Counted from the first letter of the stretch, positions 26,740 to 40,509 are shown. The stretch: 64,000 bases of DNA from Octopus vulgaris (GCA_951406725.2 OX597825.1:21700001-21764000); one strand, 5' to 3'. Numbers and translations: made by a program. The notes: generated by a model from the letters alone, not told the origin.

Positions 26740-27029
26740 AAGACTGAATCTTCTGTCAAGAGTGCAGGTTACCGTGCGGCAACAAACGCAGATGAAGGCA
26801 GCGATATAAAACTCTCTCGTTACTCGATTGCCACATATCAGAAGATGTTTCAAACAGTGAAAGTGTAGTAAGGCTAGCGGCGGTGCTCCAGCGTGGCCTC
26901 AGCGCTCGAACTGAAACGAGTAGACTAAAAATATACCAATCTATATGCACGTACAACACCAATTAACGGAAATCTTTGGTCTCAAAGCCTTTCCAATTTA
27001 GTGAATTTTCCGAAACAGTTGTAGTCACC

Positions 27030-27440
27030 TTTTAAATTTTGGCACAGGGCCAGCAATTAGGGGGGAGGCAGTAAATCGACTCAATCGACACCAGTACTCA
27101 ACTGATACTTATTTTATTCGCCTCGAAAGGTCGAAGGGCAAAATCGAACTCAGCGGAATTTGAAAATCAGAACGTGAAGTCGAACGAAATGCCACCAAGC
27201 ATTTTGTCCGGTGCGGTAACGATTCTGCCAGCTTGAATTAAAGTAATATGGTTCTTGAAATTTTGGCACAAGGCTAATAATTTGGGGGGAGGTGGTAAGT
27301 CGATTACATCGACGTCAGTGCTCAACTGTTATTTTATCGACCCTGAAAGAATGAAAGGCAAAGTCGAGCTTGGCGGAATTTGAACTCAGAACGTTTAAGA
27401 CGGATAAACGCTGCAATGCATCCTGCCAGGCAAGCTAACA
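27030..27440 (-). mobile_element. Two adjacent SINE family C copies
   Basis: aaattttggcaca..ggc...gaaaggcaaagtcga...gaatttgaa at about 27030-27235 and 27257-27440. Confidence 0.75.
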
Positions 27441-27884
27441 AGCTAACTTTAATCAACTAATGAATTTACGCAATTAAATGGAATTCAGGTGCATCTACAT
27501 AAATATAAATGGTACACATTTATTAATGCCGTACTGTGCAAGGCACTAGCCTGTACGTCATAGCAATGGACTAGTTTGGTACTGGCGAGAAATTGAAATT
27601 CTTACTCGGAAATTAGAGCGGATTATAAAAAGCACTGGACCACCAGAATCCGGAAAGTCGATGCTGTGCCTGTATATACATACGTATTGTTTCTAATATA
27701 GGCACTAGGTCAGCATTCTGTGGGAAGAGGTAATTGGATTAAATATAGATGTGTACTTCGCTGGTACTTCATATCACCGTTCCCAAAATGATGATAGACA
27801 GGATGTGAAATCAGAGCGAAATAAGTCTGAACAAATCCTGCATGAATTTGTCTTCAGTTCTTTAAAGACCCAGCCAGTCGCTGC

Positions 27885-28025
27885 CATATTTTTACTGTTC
27901 TACTCACAGATTGCACTTGTAATGTACGTATTAGCCGGCCGATTTCTCTTTCTGAAAATCCCAGTTTATCCAGATATTTCTTTAAGCATTTATTAACAAA
28001 ACATAGTGCTCCAATTATTATTGTT
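27885..28025 (-). pseudogene. R4/Dong-like C-terminal fragment
   Basis: Open minus frame TIIIGALCFVNKCLKKYLDKLGFSEREIGRLIRTLQVQSVSRTVKI. Confidence 0.6.
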
Positions 28026-28134
28026 ATGAATGTATATATGTGTATTTATACGCACGTATGCATGTATGTAGGAGTATAAATGTGTACGGTTTTGTAAGCT
28101 TGTAAGCGTGCATATATGTATGTATGAATGTGTG

Positions 28135-28180
<46 letters not shown>

Positions 28181-28187
28181 ATATGTA

Positions 28188-28234
<47 letters not shown>

Positions 28235-28561
28235 TTATATATGCATATATATATATGTATGTATGTGTGTGTGTATATATACATATAGATACACTTATAA
28301 AGTCAATCCCTGTTGACCTAAGATCAAAGACATCGTCCTATATCTAAATACACTTCAGTAATACATCATAAGACAACCTTTTAATTTAGATGGAGTGGTT
28401 TATTTTATTAATGATTTTGATGGTATTGTCGTTGGTTATTGGAGAATTGGCGGATTGTTCGTGGTGGTCGTGGATAGGTTGGACTTGGTATGGCGTTGGT
28501 TGTGTTGCTGTTGATGGTTGATAGCGGTGGTGGTGAAGTCTGTTATATATATATATATATA

Positions 28562-28682
28562 TGTGGCTGTATGATAAGTAGCTTACTTACCAAACACATG
28601 GTTCCGGGTTCAGTCCCAGGCACTTTGGCCAAGTGTCTTCTACTATAGCTTCGGGACGTCGGATGCTTTGTGAACGGTTTTG
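28562..28682 (+). mobile_element. SINE family A 5' fragment
   Basis: gtggctgtatgataagtagcttacttaccaaacacatggttccgggttcagtccc. Confidence 0.7.
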
Positions 28683-29024
28683 GGAGGAGCGGTGCTATTA
28701 AGTTAGATATGGTCTGCATCAATATTTGGTCGAAACATATCTAAGTAATGTAAGTCATATAAATTATCTAATTTATATATATATGTGAGTATTGAAATGG
28801 ATATGTTTATCAGATATATGTTTTTAAATAGAATCATTTATTTCATATTCTTTGATAATAACGTGATATACCCTATGTGTAAACCTATCAAACCGTAGTA
28901 CAAGACTTACATATAATGTAATTGTTCCCACTCGGACGCAATTTTATACATACTCACATACATACTTTCATAAATATATATACATATATGTATATACACA
29001 TGTACACACATATACATTTGAATA

Positions 29025-29056
<32 letters not shown>

Positions 29057-29540
29057 CATAAATATGCATATATATACGATAAATATTTATGTATATAAAT
29101 ACATGTACATGCACACACATACACGCGCACACACACAATCACACACACATACATACACAAACACACACACACACACTCGCACATATATATATATATATAT
29201 ATATTACGAAACAGCGGCAGGTAATAAAAGTGCATTTTCAAACTTTAAATCCTTTGAGCGTTTAAATTTATATATAATTTCTTGATAGGTTACAAATTAC
29301 TTTTCTATTAAAGTACAATCTATCGTCTTGAAACTGGAGATCATATTAGGCTTGCGGAATGAGTTTAATCAAAACTTTTCCCGATATGATTGTTGAATAC
29401 ATTACAAGCGCAGTGGTTAGCAGCTTGCTTCTCTCACATGGTTCTCAGTTCACTTCCACTGTGTGGCACCTTTGGCGGCCCCAGTCAAATGACTGGAACA
29501 AGTAAAAGAAAATAATAGAATATATCTATATATATATATA

Positions 29541-29810
29541 CCGGAGTAAACACATAAATGTTAAACAAGGTGGAAAAAAGAGCACTCAAATACCAGTGGT
29601 AGAGTAATATGCTTTATTTAAAGCAGCAGAAAATTCAACAAAACCTGTTACTCTGAGTTGCACGTTCCCGTTTGCACGTTCCCGTTTGCACGTTCCCGTT
29701 TGCACGTTCCCGTTTGCACGTTCCCGTTTGAAAAAACTGTCCGACGAACGGGAACTTGAAACTCAGAGTAATAGGTTTTGTTGAATTTTCTGCTGTTTTA
29801 AATAAAGTAT
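29541..29810. mobile_element. Head-to-head PLE-type pair (U4C family) in (TA)n with five 14-bp repeats at the junction
   Basis: HHR motif 29736-29775 on plus; left arm is its reverse complement; ttgcacgttcccgt x5 at 29658-29727. Confidence 0.75.
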
Positions 29811-29811
29811 G

Positions 29812-29867
<56 letters not shown>

Positions 29868-29884
29868 CATATATATATATATAT

Positions 29885-31300
29885 CTAAAATTATAAAAGG
29901 AAATAAGCACACTTATATAGTCTTAATATTTCGACCGGTTTCGCTATCGCTATTCATGATATTATGTTTTACTTATTTGAATATGCATTTTGTCTTAAGA
30001 AGAAATTTTGTCCACGTTGTGTGTGATGTAATTCACGAGTGAATGACTTCACAAATAAATAAATACAGGGAGGTAATTGGTTATCGTTATTCTTGTTATT
30101 ATTATGGGTAAGGGAGATAACTGTTCAGCTTTCGGTAATGGTAGGGGAATATATATGTACATACAAAGAAAAGTTTCGAAAACCTTGTTTTAGTGAGGGG
30201 ATTTATGTACAGTGATGTAATCGTCAATTGAAATATGTAAAAAGATAAAAGCTGGTTATGCGTGCATATTAAGACGTGTGCTATACTTTTCAATGAAAAA
30301 AGTTTCCTTATTTAAACGTTCTTGTAGAAAGATTGTGTCATTGCACTGGTAGAAGAGGAAGACTGTGAAATTTGGTCTGATGTTATCTGCACATTTTTCT
30401 ATATGTTCCCTAAGCGGAATTTGCCTGTATTGCCGGAAACGGATTTGCACTTTATATAGACTGGTTCTCTTTCTCAAGGTCATGCTCGTTTGTCCAATAT
30501 AGTAGTGTCCGCAACCCGAGTAGGTAATTACATAAATTAGGTTCTCAGAAGCACAAGTAAAACTAGTTTTAATTGTGAAACTCTGTCCTTGTTTGAAAAG
30601 GAAATCCGAGCTTTCAAGTAGGTTGGGGTAGGTCCCACAGTTTGGGCGTTCACAGTTTTCAACCGTTGATTTCTTGGTTGTTTTCTAAAGCTTCGCATTT
30701 GTTAGTAGTCTCTTTAGCTATTTGTCTTGTTTTATGCATTTGATTAGTTTGTGTGTTTTCAGGATGTCATTCATTTTTGGATCTCTAGTTAGTAAAGGAA
30801 GAGTTTGCACAATAGTGTTGAATGCCTCACTGTTTCTGGGGTTGGGTGTTGATATAAATAGTAATGTTTTAAGTTGAGGTGTGGTGCTATGTTTTGTTGT
30901 TCTTAGTGTTTTTGTATCTAATTTTTTGGTACGTTTAATTCCCTCGTCGATAAGTGAGGATGGATATTGTCTTTCAATAAGCGTTGTTTTGAGGCCTTGA
31001 AGACGAAGGTCCCGAGTTGTTCTATCAGACACTATTGTGCAAATCCTTTTTGCCAAATGAAAAACATAGCACCACAATAACAAGAATAACGATAACCAAT
31101 TACCTTCCTTTATTTATCTACTTTTGAAGTCATTCACTCGTGAAATTCATCACACACAACATGGAAAAAAAATTCTTAAGAAAAAATGCATATTCAAATA
31201 AGCAAAACATAATATCATGAATAGCTATAGCGAAACCGGTTGATATATTAAAAATTATATTACAACTATGTAAGTGCGCGTATTTTCCTTTTTTAATTTT
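29885..31300 (-). mobile_element. 5'-truncated Penelope-like element (Neptune-like) with inverted terminal repeat
   Basis: GIY-YIG ORF remnant flanked by inverted pLTR copies each carrying an A3:U8 hammerhead motif. Confidence 0.8.
30256..31070 (-). pseudogene. PLE RT thumb, linker and GIY-YIG endonuclease pseudogene
   Basis: One frame with two premature stops (near 30719 and 30686): LAKRICTIVSD...ERQYP...CERPNCGTY...TCASENLIYVITYSGCGHYYIGQT...R...EHIEKC...ERLNKETFFI. Confidence 0.85.
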
Positions 31301-31654
31301 ATATATATATATTCTTCTATTATTTTCTATTACTTGTTCCAGTCATTTGACTGCGGCCGCCCAAGGTGCCACGCAATGGGAATGAACTCAACCATGTGAG
31401 AGAAGCAAGCTGTTTACCACTGAGCCACGCCTGCGCTTGTAATGTATTCAATAATCAGATCGGGAAAAGTTTTGAGTAAACTCATTCCGCAAGCCTAATA
31501 TGATCTTCAGTTTCAAGACGATAGACTGTACTTTAATGGAAAATTCATTTGTAACCTATGGAGAAATTATATTTAAATTTAAACTCTCAAAGGATTTAAA
31601 GTTTGAAAATGCACTTTTATTACCTGCCGCTGTTTCGTAAAATATATATATGTT

Positions 31655-31746
<92 letters not shown>

Positions 31747-32537
31747 CATGTATATTTATCATATATATATGTATATATATATGTATATATTATATATATG
31801 CATTTTTATGTATATATTTACATATTCAAATGTATATGTGTGTACATGTATATATACATACAAGTATATATATTTATGAAAGTACGTATATGAGTATGTA
31901 TAAACTTGCATCCGAGAGGGAACCATTATATTGTATATAAGTCTTGTTCTACGGTTTTATTCGTTTTCACATGTGGCATATCATATTACTATCAAAGAAT
32001 AATCAAATAGATGATTCTATAAAAAACATATATCTGATAAATATATCCATTTCAATACTCATATATATACATTTAGATAAACTACACAACCTACACCCTA
32101 ATGAAAACAGTGTTACAAGAATGCATAAATGTATATAATATGATAATAATTATTATTTCTGCTGTTTATTTTCACTTTGTGATCTGTTGAATGGCAAAAT
32201 ATTTCAAAATAATATATCATACCAATAAGGAAAACATTACATAAAATGAAAGAATGGTATTTGACTTTGATATTTCCATAATTTTTTTGTTTATTTACGC
32301 TGAAATATATATTTGAAAATAGATGCATGTCTCTGTTTCCTATCCACCCCTATCTATTCCACTCTCTTTCTATTTATAAATATATTAATGTATATTATAT
32401 ATATATGTATTATAATTTGTATAATATAAATAATATATAGACAACCATATGTATGTATCGCCCCCTCTCCATCTATATATATATATACACATATATTTCT
32501 CACTATCTATCTGTATCTATGTCTATCTATCTCTATA

Positions 32538-32610
<73 letters not shown>

Positions 32611-32686
32611 TTGCAGCACACCTACGCGCGTGGTGCCTCTGTATATTTTTGATCATATTCACACACATAGACACACACACGCACGC

Positions 32687-32721
<35 letters not shown>

Positions 32722-33110
32722 CTCACAAACGCGCACACACACACACAAACAAATCATTGTATCTACTACAAATCATATAACAGGAATGTTTTTCAGACGA
32801 GGAGTAAATCATTTCACCAGATTTAACAATACCTTCATTTTGACAGAAGATTGCATTGAATACATATAGAAATCAACATATTTATACGTTTATATTTACA
32901 TACGTACATACACGAACACACGCATATATGTGTGTGTATATATACATATATATATATATGTATGTATATAGGTATATATATATATATAATTATGTATGTA
33001 TGTATATATATATATATATATGCATACATATATATGCATGTATGCATATATGTATATATATGTATATATATATATAATTATATATAGATATTTATTGGTA
33101 TATATATACA

Positions 33111-33213
<103 letters not shown>

Positions 33214-33356
33214 GAATGTATGAATGTACACACACACACACACACATATATATCTGTGTAAGGGAAAATAGATATATATGTATCTTACCGTCCATTATCT
33301 GTATGCTTTTATGTATGTATGCATGAATGTACATATGGGAGAAAGAGAGAGAACGA

Positions 33357-33419
<63 letters not shown>

Positions 33420-33751
33420 GCACAGACGTAGTGATGTTCTGACCCACATTATCACGTCGTTTCCTCGGGGATATTTTATTGTTAGTAGAATATATATAAA
33501 AGAAACCAAGACATTTCTTTATTTCAACTGCAGAAATCACAAGACAGTCTTTAACCACTGATAGAAACAAACAAATACTTGAAAGTGTAATAATTATTGA
33601 TCTTTTTCTTTGTTAATAGTTGTTTTGTTATAAGAATAAAGAAAACGTATACTCGAAGGGAATCAGTCGGCGTCCTATTTTTCTATTGCTATGAAATTCA
33701 AGTCTGGCTTCACTGCGTTCTTATTCGAACGCAGACTATGAATATATGATA

Positions 33752-34137
33752 CTAGCAGTATCGCGCGGCGTTGCTCGAGTCTGTTTCGACCCTTTAGAAT
33801 TGAAATTTTTGAAAAGTAAAAATTTTGCATTATGTAGCTTGTTATTCTCTTTAAGTGAACATTTTTTCTGGTTGAAATACACCGAAAAATGGCGACACAG
33901 CAGTCAAAAAATCGTAAAAAGCAGGGATTTCCATAGAAAAAAAGCACATTTTTGATGTAAATAAGTTTTTGTGTTAACATGGTCCGATTTGAATTTTTTA
34001 CAGAAGGAAGAGCAAGCCTTCTTCTATCATACTTTTAATTTTGGTCAACTTGCACCGCAGGGTCTCGGAGGAGATAGTGTTAATTGAAGGCTACCAAACC
34101 TGCCACACACAGACAACTTCAGTTTTATATATATAGA
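33752..34137 (-). mobile_element. Non-autonomous Helitron, copy 2
   Basis: 5' TC, 3' hairpin plus CTAG, inserted between A and T. Confidence 0.8.
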
Positions 34138-35619
34138 TTTACTGTAATATAATTTCTTTGTGGTGTTATTTTTTTTTCAAATGATAACGTAATATTTTGA
34201 TACTTGTAGCTCATTAATTCTTTTCTTGTCAAACCTCCTGACTCATGTGTTCTGTTACCCTTTTTACATGGCTTTTATAACTGGCCATGATTACTGCCAT
34301 CCCTCTAACCGAGACTCCGGTCAGTTACCGGGTTCAAGGTCTAAAAGTTTGAGTGAAGGGGACGAATTGATTACAAGCACTCCACTTTATTTTATCGGCC
34401 CTGAAGCGTTAAAATGTAATGATGACTTCGACACAATTTCAACTCTTAACATAAGGAACCGCAAGCCTTTTGTTCCTCGTGCTTATGATCGCACCTGTTC
34501 GTTGTCTTAATTTATTTCCATCTTCATTGCCGATTGCTTATTTGTGATGACGAACTTCAAACCACTTATATCATTAACAATAACATATTTTTGTCGATTC
34601 GACTCATTAGAATAAGGTTATTTTATTGGTAGGCGGGAAAAAAATATTTTCCCATTCCATTATTAGATGAGAATTAAACTTATTTACTAAATATATTCTG
34701 CATATCGTGTTCTGGTCTAATTTATATCTTCTGCAACTGTGTTCTTGACTCACGGTGAGTAAGGCTTGGGAATAAATGACCACAATTATCTATGCAGTTG
34801 TCTACTACATCACTTGAATCTAAAGTCTATAGGAGATTCTCGATGAGTTAATGCAATATACGAGGCTCTTAATCACGAACTTAAATAAAATAGAAATAAC
34901 AAATAACAAGCGTACGAATTTTATTACCGGAACGCTAAACTTAAAAGAGATAAGAACACATAAAACATCATTTAATAAAGCTACAGCTTTTGCGATAAAA
35001 TCTCTTTCATCATTTAGGACAGCAACAATAGTATCAGAACTCTTAGGATAAATAATAAATACAGCTCAACACGACTCACTACATATGCTCAAGCTAATGT
35101 ACCGCTTTCGAAGTAAACAACAAAAGTGAGAAACTTGGAATTTGAATATGGATTACATTTTGGAGGCAAAGGAGCAAGACACGTTTCTCGAGATTTACTG
35201 TGCTTTTGCCGCATGCAAGAATGGCAATCTTAAGTTTCTTCACTAGCAGCTTTTTCTACATCTGGAGTATCATAAATACAGAGAGTAGCACATCCCACCC
35301 TCTGTCTAAATAATCTCAACGAATTCATCATTTAGAATTTTTTAAAAAGCCGATATATTTTAAAGCCCATATTAACAGTTCATATTGCATGTTACAATAA
35401 ATAATTTTCTCAACGCTTGTCATAAATAAGTTTTCTTCCGACTAAGAATATCTCTGAAGTATTATAAAAGATTTAGTTTTGAATTCAGGCATTGGGCAGC
35501 AGCTTTTTTGAGAGGAAGGGGAAGTTGATTATATTGACTTCAGTCGGCCCTTGTGGAATCTGATCTCAAAACTTAAATACGGACCCAATGCCGCTATGTA
35601 TTTCGTGTAGTGTGCTAAA

Positions 35620-35835
35620 GTGGTAAGCTAGCAAAACCATTAGCACGACGGACAAAATGCCCGGGACATTTCTTCTGATTTTACTTGCTGAATTCAAATA
35701 CCCTCAAGCTTGACTTTGCCTTAAATTATTTCGGGGTCGATAAAATAAGCATTAGTTGGGTAGTGAGGTCGATGTAATCGACTCGAGAGCTTCCTCACAA
35801 TTTCAGACCTTGTAGTAATAGTAGACAGGATTATT
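35620..35835 (+). mobile_element. SINE family C, decayed
   Basis: ggtaagctagcaaaacc...gactttgcc...ggggtcgataaaataag. Confidence 0.6.
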
Positions 35836-35844
35836 AAAGATTTT

Positions 35845-36016
35845 GATGTGTCTCGAGAGAGTCATTTTCTTTTTGTGCTTTATAATGCAACACACTCACC
35901 GGTAAAATTTCCTAAAATTTTAATTTTAGGAAAATAAAAGTAAGAAAAAAGTGGAAATTTTACCGGTGAGTGTTACATTATAAGGCACAAACAGAAAATG
36001 ACTCTCCCCACACAAC
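35845..36016. repeat. Foldback palindrome, probably part of a DNA element
   Basis: gagagtcattttc...cactcaccggtaaaatttcc pairs with ggaaattttaccggtgagtg...gaaaatgactctc. Confidence 0.7.
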
Positions 36017-39000
36017 AGAATATGCTTCAACACACGAACACATATAAAGAATCTTGCAAACCAAATCCAAAAACGAAATATAAAGATTTCGAATTCAACA
36101 GAGAATATATTATTGTTCGTGCTCAGTGAAACATAGGCATATAACAAAAGCATTTTAAATAATGCAGGAACCATATTGCGTGTACCATGAAACTATATCT
36201 ATCCATTTTAGGCATTTATACCTATATATAGGTAGAGGATTTAGAAACAAAGAATGAAATCTTAAATCATTAAAAGCAGATAGAAACGTTCGAGTGCAGG
36301 CTTCAGCTGGAAGACTATATTAGACCGATTTAGTTGTTTGTGATTCTTGCTGTATATATAATAATAAATTCTTTATATTATGAGTTTACACCGATAGAAA
36401 TTTGCTTTTCAATTACAGTGTTATCTATACTTGAATATTTAATAAAAATATTTTATCGAAAGATATGTGCATCTACAAACCTCTGTTGACTTCCCATTGT
36501 TAAGGAAATTGTGATACATTTGTTTTCAGTGTGCACTCTGCAGGGAGAATTCATATATTGTTCACTTAAATTGTTTTGAGATTTCTCATTTATCACGACA
36601 TAAGCGAAGTTACTTGGAACGTGTATTAGATTACGCATGACCGCCAGAGATAACAACTAACTGAATTTCACTGCTACTGCTGCAATCTTAGAGTTAGAAG
36701 ATACAAATTATTATTTACGATAAAGAAATCATTTGTGAACTTTATTTTATTTAACTTGAAATATTAAAAATCACGTAACTGTTAGATGTGAAGCTAAGTA
36801 TATAGATGTTCCAATATTAAGAAGCTTAATAAGAGAAGTAATTAATATTTTATCATATTTCGGTAAGTGAATCGTCAATCACAGTTTCCATAGCTTTTGT
36901 AAATATTTTGTAATCAAATAAAATCTAATAAGGATGTACTTTAAGGAAGTAGTTTAATAACAGACTTAGGATTAATAACCGCAACATTATGTCGATTTTG
37001 TCTTTACCCTTTTTTCAAATGCTTAAGATTTCGATATCTTAATTTTTCTAACTTTTTAATCGATTAACAGGGAAGGTAGTGATTGCGCATAACGCTTTAC
37101 AAGCTGCAGTCTAACGACTGATATAAGTAAAAATTAAAAGAACTGGTTTGATTTGAACTCAGATCGTCCGGAGCTCGAACATAAATCATGGCGTATTCTG
37201 TTTGATGCTCTAACGATACTGGCTGTGTAGCTCGCATTTATGTTTCTGAAATAAGCTTTGAGCCATTGTTCCTGTGAAAACCTACTGGAACACACTATTT
37301 AACGAAAATATTTGTCACTCGAATTTTCTCTCTCTCTTACAGAGGAATATGCCTCCCTGAGAACATAACCTAAATATGGTCTTAAAAATTAATTCATACG
37401 ATGTCGCTTCCCAGATTGTATTTTTTTTCATTCTACTTTTAATCCTTTTATTGATTAACGTTTAACCGAAGTTATCAATCACCAAACATTTCAAACGCGT
37501 CTAATTCTATGAGACTTTTAATTCCAAACATTCTTTCCCTGAACGTTATTCGCTAAATACAAAATGATAGCGTGCAATGCTATTTAATGAAAACCTGTAA
37601 CGCTCTTTCTTTTTATCACTGTACTAAACGGAATATATTATCATCTAGACAAGATTCTTCCTATTTTATATTCATCTCAATATTTTCATCTCACCATTAA
37701 TCACAGCGTTCTTTGTAATTTAAAAGTAACTTTCCTCATTAAACACAACAAAGGTTTTTTAGAGTGTCTTGAATAAATAAATTTACAATAGAAAACTTAA
37801 AGCGATTCAATGATCGTCGACATAAGAGTATGACTGGTACTGAGATGATTATCAACTGTTGTTGGATTTGAAATTAAACTATAAAATAAGATACGCAAAG
37901 ATAATATTTTATTTGATCAGCGTTAGTCTGTTTTTTCCTGAATCCGTCGCGGTAGTAATTGTTTGTAATTTTGATAAAAGGTGAGTTCATGTTTTCAGGA
38001 GAAAGAGTTTAAGCCGATAACGTCGTGCCCGGTGAGAGTTAAGTTGTTTCCCAGTGGCCTTCAAATTCCGAATTTAAAGAACCGGAAGATATACCGCTGC
38101 GTATTTTTCACGGCTTGCAATAGATTCTGCCACCTCGCCACCTTAATTGCTTGAAATTGTAGCAAAAACACAACAATATTAGGTGACAGACACTTTAATT
38201 ACATTGATCTGAATCCTTCATTACATTGATCTGGAATAAAGTCGATCTGGGCGGGATTTGAACTTAGAACGTAAAGCGCAGGAAGTAATGCGGTTCATTA
38301 CTTTTCTGATGCGCTAACGACTCTACCAGCGCCTTTTATTTAGCCCTTGAGGACAATAGCATCTACTATTATTTATGCAAATCAAATATTATATATTAAA
38401 TGGAATTTGCAAAATGCAAAATGCAGCGTGGGACAAACGATAGGCATCGTACAACAAAGTGATTTGCACAATCACATCTAATTTTCTGGTCGATTACGTG
38501 ATCACTTATATTAAAACATAGATGGGAATTAAATTACAGACTTAAGATCTGGGAAAGAAATAATGTGTGTGTGTGTGTGTGTGAGAGTGTATATGTGTGT
38601 GTGGTTATTATTAAATGACTAGGTAGCGGCATACATTCTGCAGATGATGACATGAAGAGCAGTAGGGAATGAGTGGCATGTAGTTTATTCCGCTAAGCAA
38701 CGGCTGTTTTAGCAGTGACATAATTAGCCAGAGTAACGAAACAGGAGATTCCTGAAATGCAGGTAAAAGATGAAAAGCCGCCCACACAATTTTATTTCAA
38801 TGCATAAAACATTATAAGAACTTATGATGAAGTTTGATACAAATATACAAATGTCTTTTGAGCTAATAGAATCATAAAACATTTTTCTGGCCATTGTATC
38901 TAGAGATGTAATACCACGTCTGTAATAGCTGTAGCTGTGAGAAGATAATAAAATTGCCCTAACGATTAAATTCTCCCTATCTTTACAAAGTATAAACAAA

Positions 39001-39275
39001 AAGTGAACAAAAAAGAAAAGATTGACAGAAAGAATAAAGACGTCGCAACACAACTTAAAATTCTCTCTATAAGACTTATTCCATTGTATAAGAATATGGT
39101 AAGATGTTAAAAATTAACACGAAAAGTAGAACATTTGACAATATCTATTGCCAAGAAACTTGGCAAAATCCAGCTACTTCTCGTATAATCGAGTTATAAA
39201 TGCTTTAGTTTAAATATTTAGTTTTTGTTTAATATTTATTTTCTTTTATGTGAACAACTGCCAGAGTATTCTTAT

Positions 39276-39324
<49 letters not shown>

Positions 39325-39578
39325 TTGACAAGTTAGAACCGTCGGAAGTCATAGCAGCTCGACTGCTGTTATTGATTGTATCTGGCATCCGTGTATCTAC
39401 AAGTTAAATGCGTTGTGAAAGTTGGCTTTTCATCTGATAAGCCAATAAGCATTCTTTCAACATCGCAGAATGCAGCAAATCCTGGCTATCATTACTTCTT
39501 ACGAATTATTGAATATTCCTTACCTGTGTGTTCGAACACACGCGACGACGTAGAGGACAACATCTGCTTTGACGTCGA

Positions 39579-39592
39579 CCACCACCACCACC

Positions 39593-39670
<78 letters not shown>

Positions 39671-39690
39671 GGTACTGCTGCTGGCAGCAT
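39579..39690. repeat. Compound (CAC)n(TAC)n microsatellite
   Basis: Direct reading. Confidence 0.95.
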
Positions 39691-39904
39691 CGTTATCACT
39701 GCCGTTGCCAATAAATATGTCTTCTAATTACCGTAAAATATGGATCGCTGTTGTCTTGTCTGAATGTACTACAATTTTTTTTTGGTACTCAAGGAATGTA
39801 GTCGACCGAATGCAATTGATCCATCCAATGTATTGATTTCTTACTCCACTTTATGCACTTATACACACAAATATACATACAGTTATATATATATATATGC
39901 TTAC

Positions 39905-39993
<89 letters not shown>

Positions 39994-40132
39994 TATTTAC
40001 ATATAAGTATATGTATGTGCGTGTGTGTGTCTGTGTGTCAGTGTGTGTATATGTTCGTATATATATGTTTATATGCATATTTACATGTACCTATATGTAT
40101 ATATATTGACATGTTGGTATACATATATGTGA

Positions 40133-40188
<56 letters not shown>

Positions 40189-40509
40189 TTGTGTGTTCTA
40201 GATTATGAAGCTAGAAACACCACAGGTTTTAGCTTTCACTTGGAATTCTTTCATAGCTTTTCTAGTATCATTAACAGAGTAACAAATGAAATATAATTCA
40301 TTTTGATGACATATGAAAAGTTTGAGAAATAAACGAGTTTGAAATTATCTTGTTATTAGTTGTGAAATTTTCCTCGTATATCAAATGCATCTGGCTTATA
40401 TCAAATGCATAATGGCTTTAGCTTACAGTAAAACATAATTGCGAGATACAAAGTCGTTTGAAAGACCCCCACAGATATTTTTTTTTAGTGTTGTTAATGA
40501 CTCTCACTT

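Larger units (their letters stand above)
25775..26930 (+). pseudogene. CR1-group LINE 3' end interrupted by an insertion at 26102-26739
   Basis: One frame: DLEGTQ*SYTNKV..INY*ETLKKLRVYPQGRRRERYAVIYIWKILE (CR1-type C-terminus); resumes after TSD and ends in a tail shared with SINE family A. Confidence 0.7.
28764..32080. repeat. Large nested inverted repeat around a PLE
   Basis: 28764-29525 pairs with 31305-32080; 29885-30101 pairs with 31074-31300. Confidence 0.9.

Noticed and set aside
28700-28746. Additional hammerhead (gtcgaaacatatctaag)
   Set aside because: No acceptable 7-nt core upstream
32080-32100. Similarity to let-7 (aactacacaacctac)
   Set aside because: Seed region does not match, no precursor hairpin, and it continues the degenerate inverted arm
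34700-37400. Strong isolated splice-like sites (gtgagt 34755, gtaagt near 36863, pyrimidine tract plus cag ending 37341)
   Set aside because: No coherent coding exon chain; such sites occur by chance; needs RNA-seq
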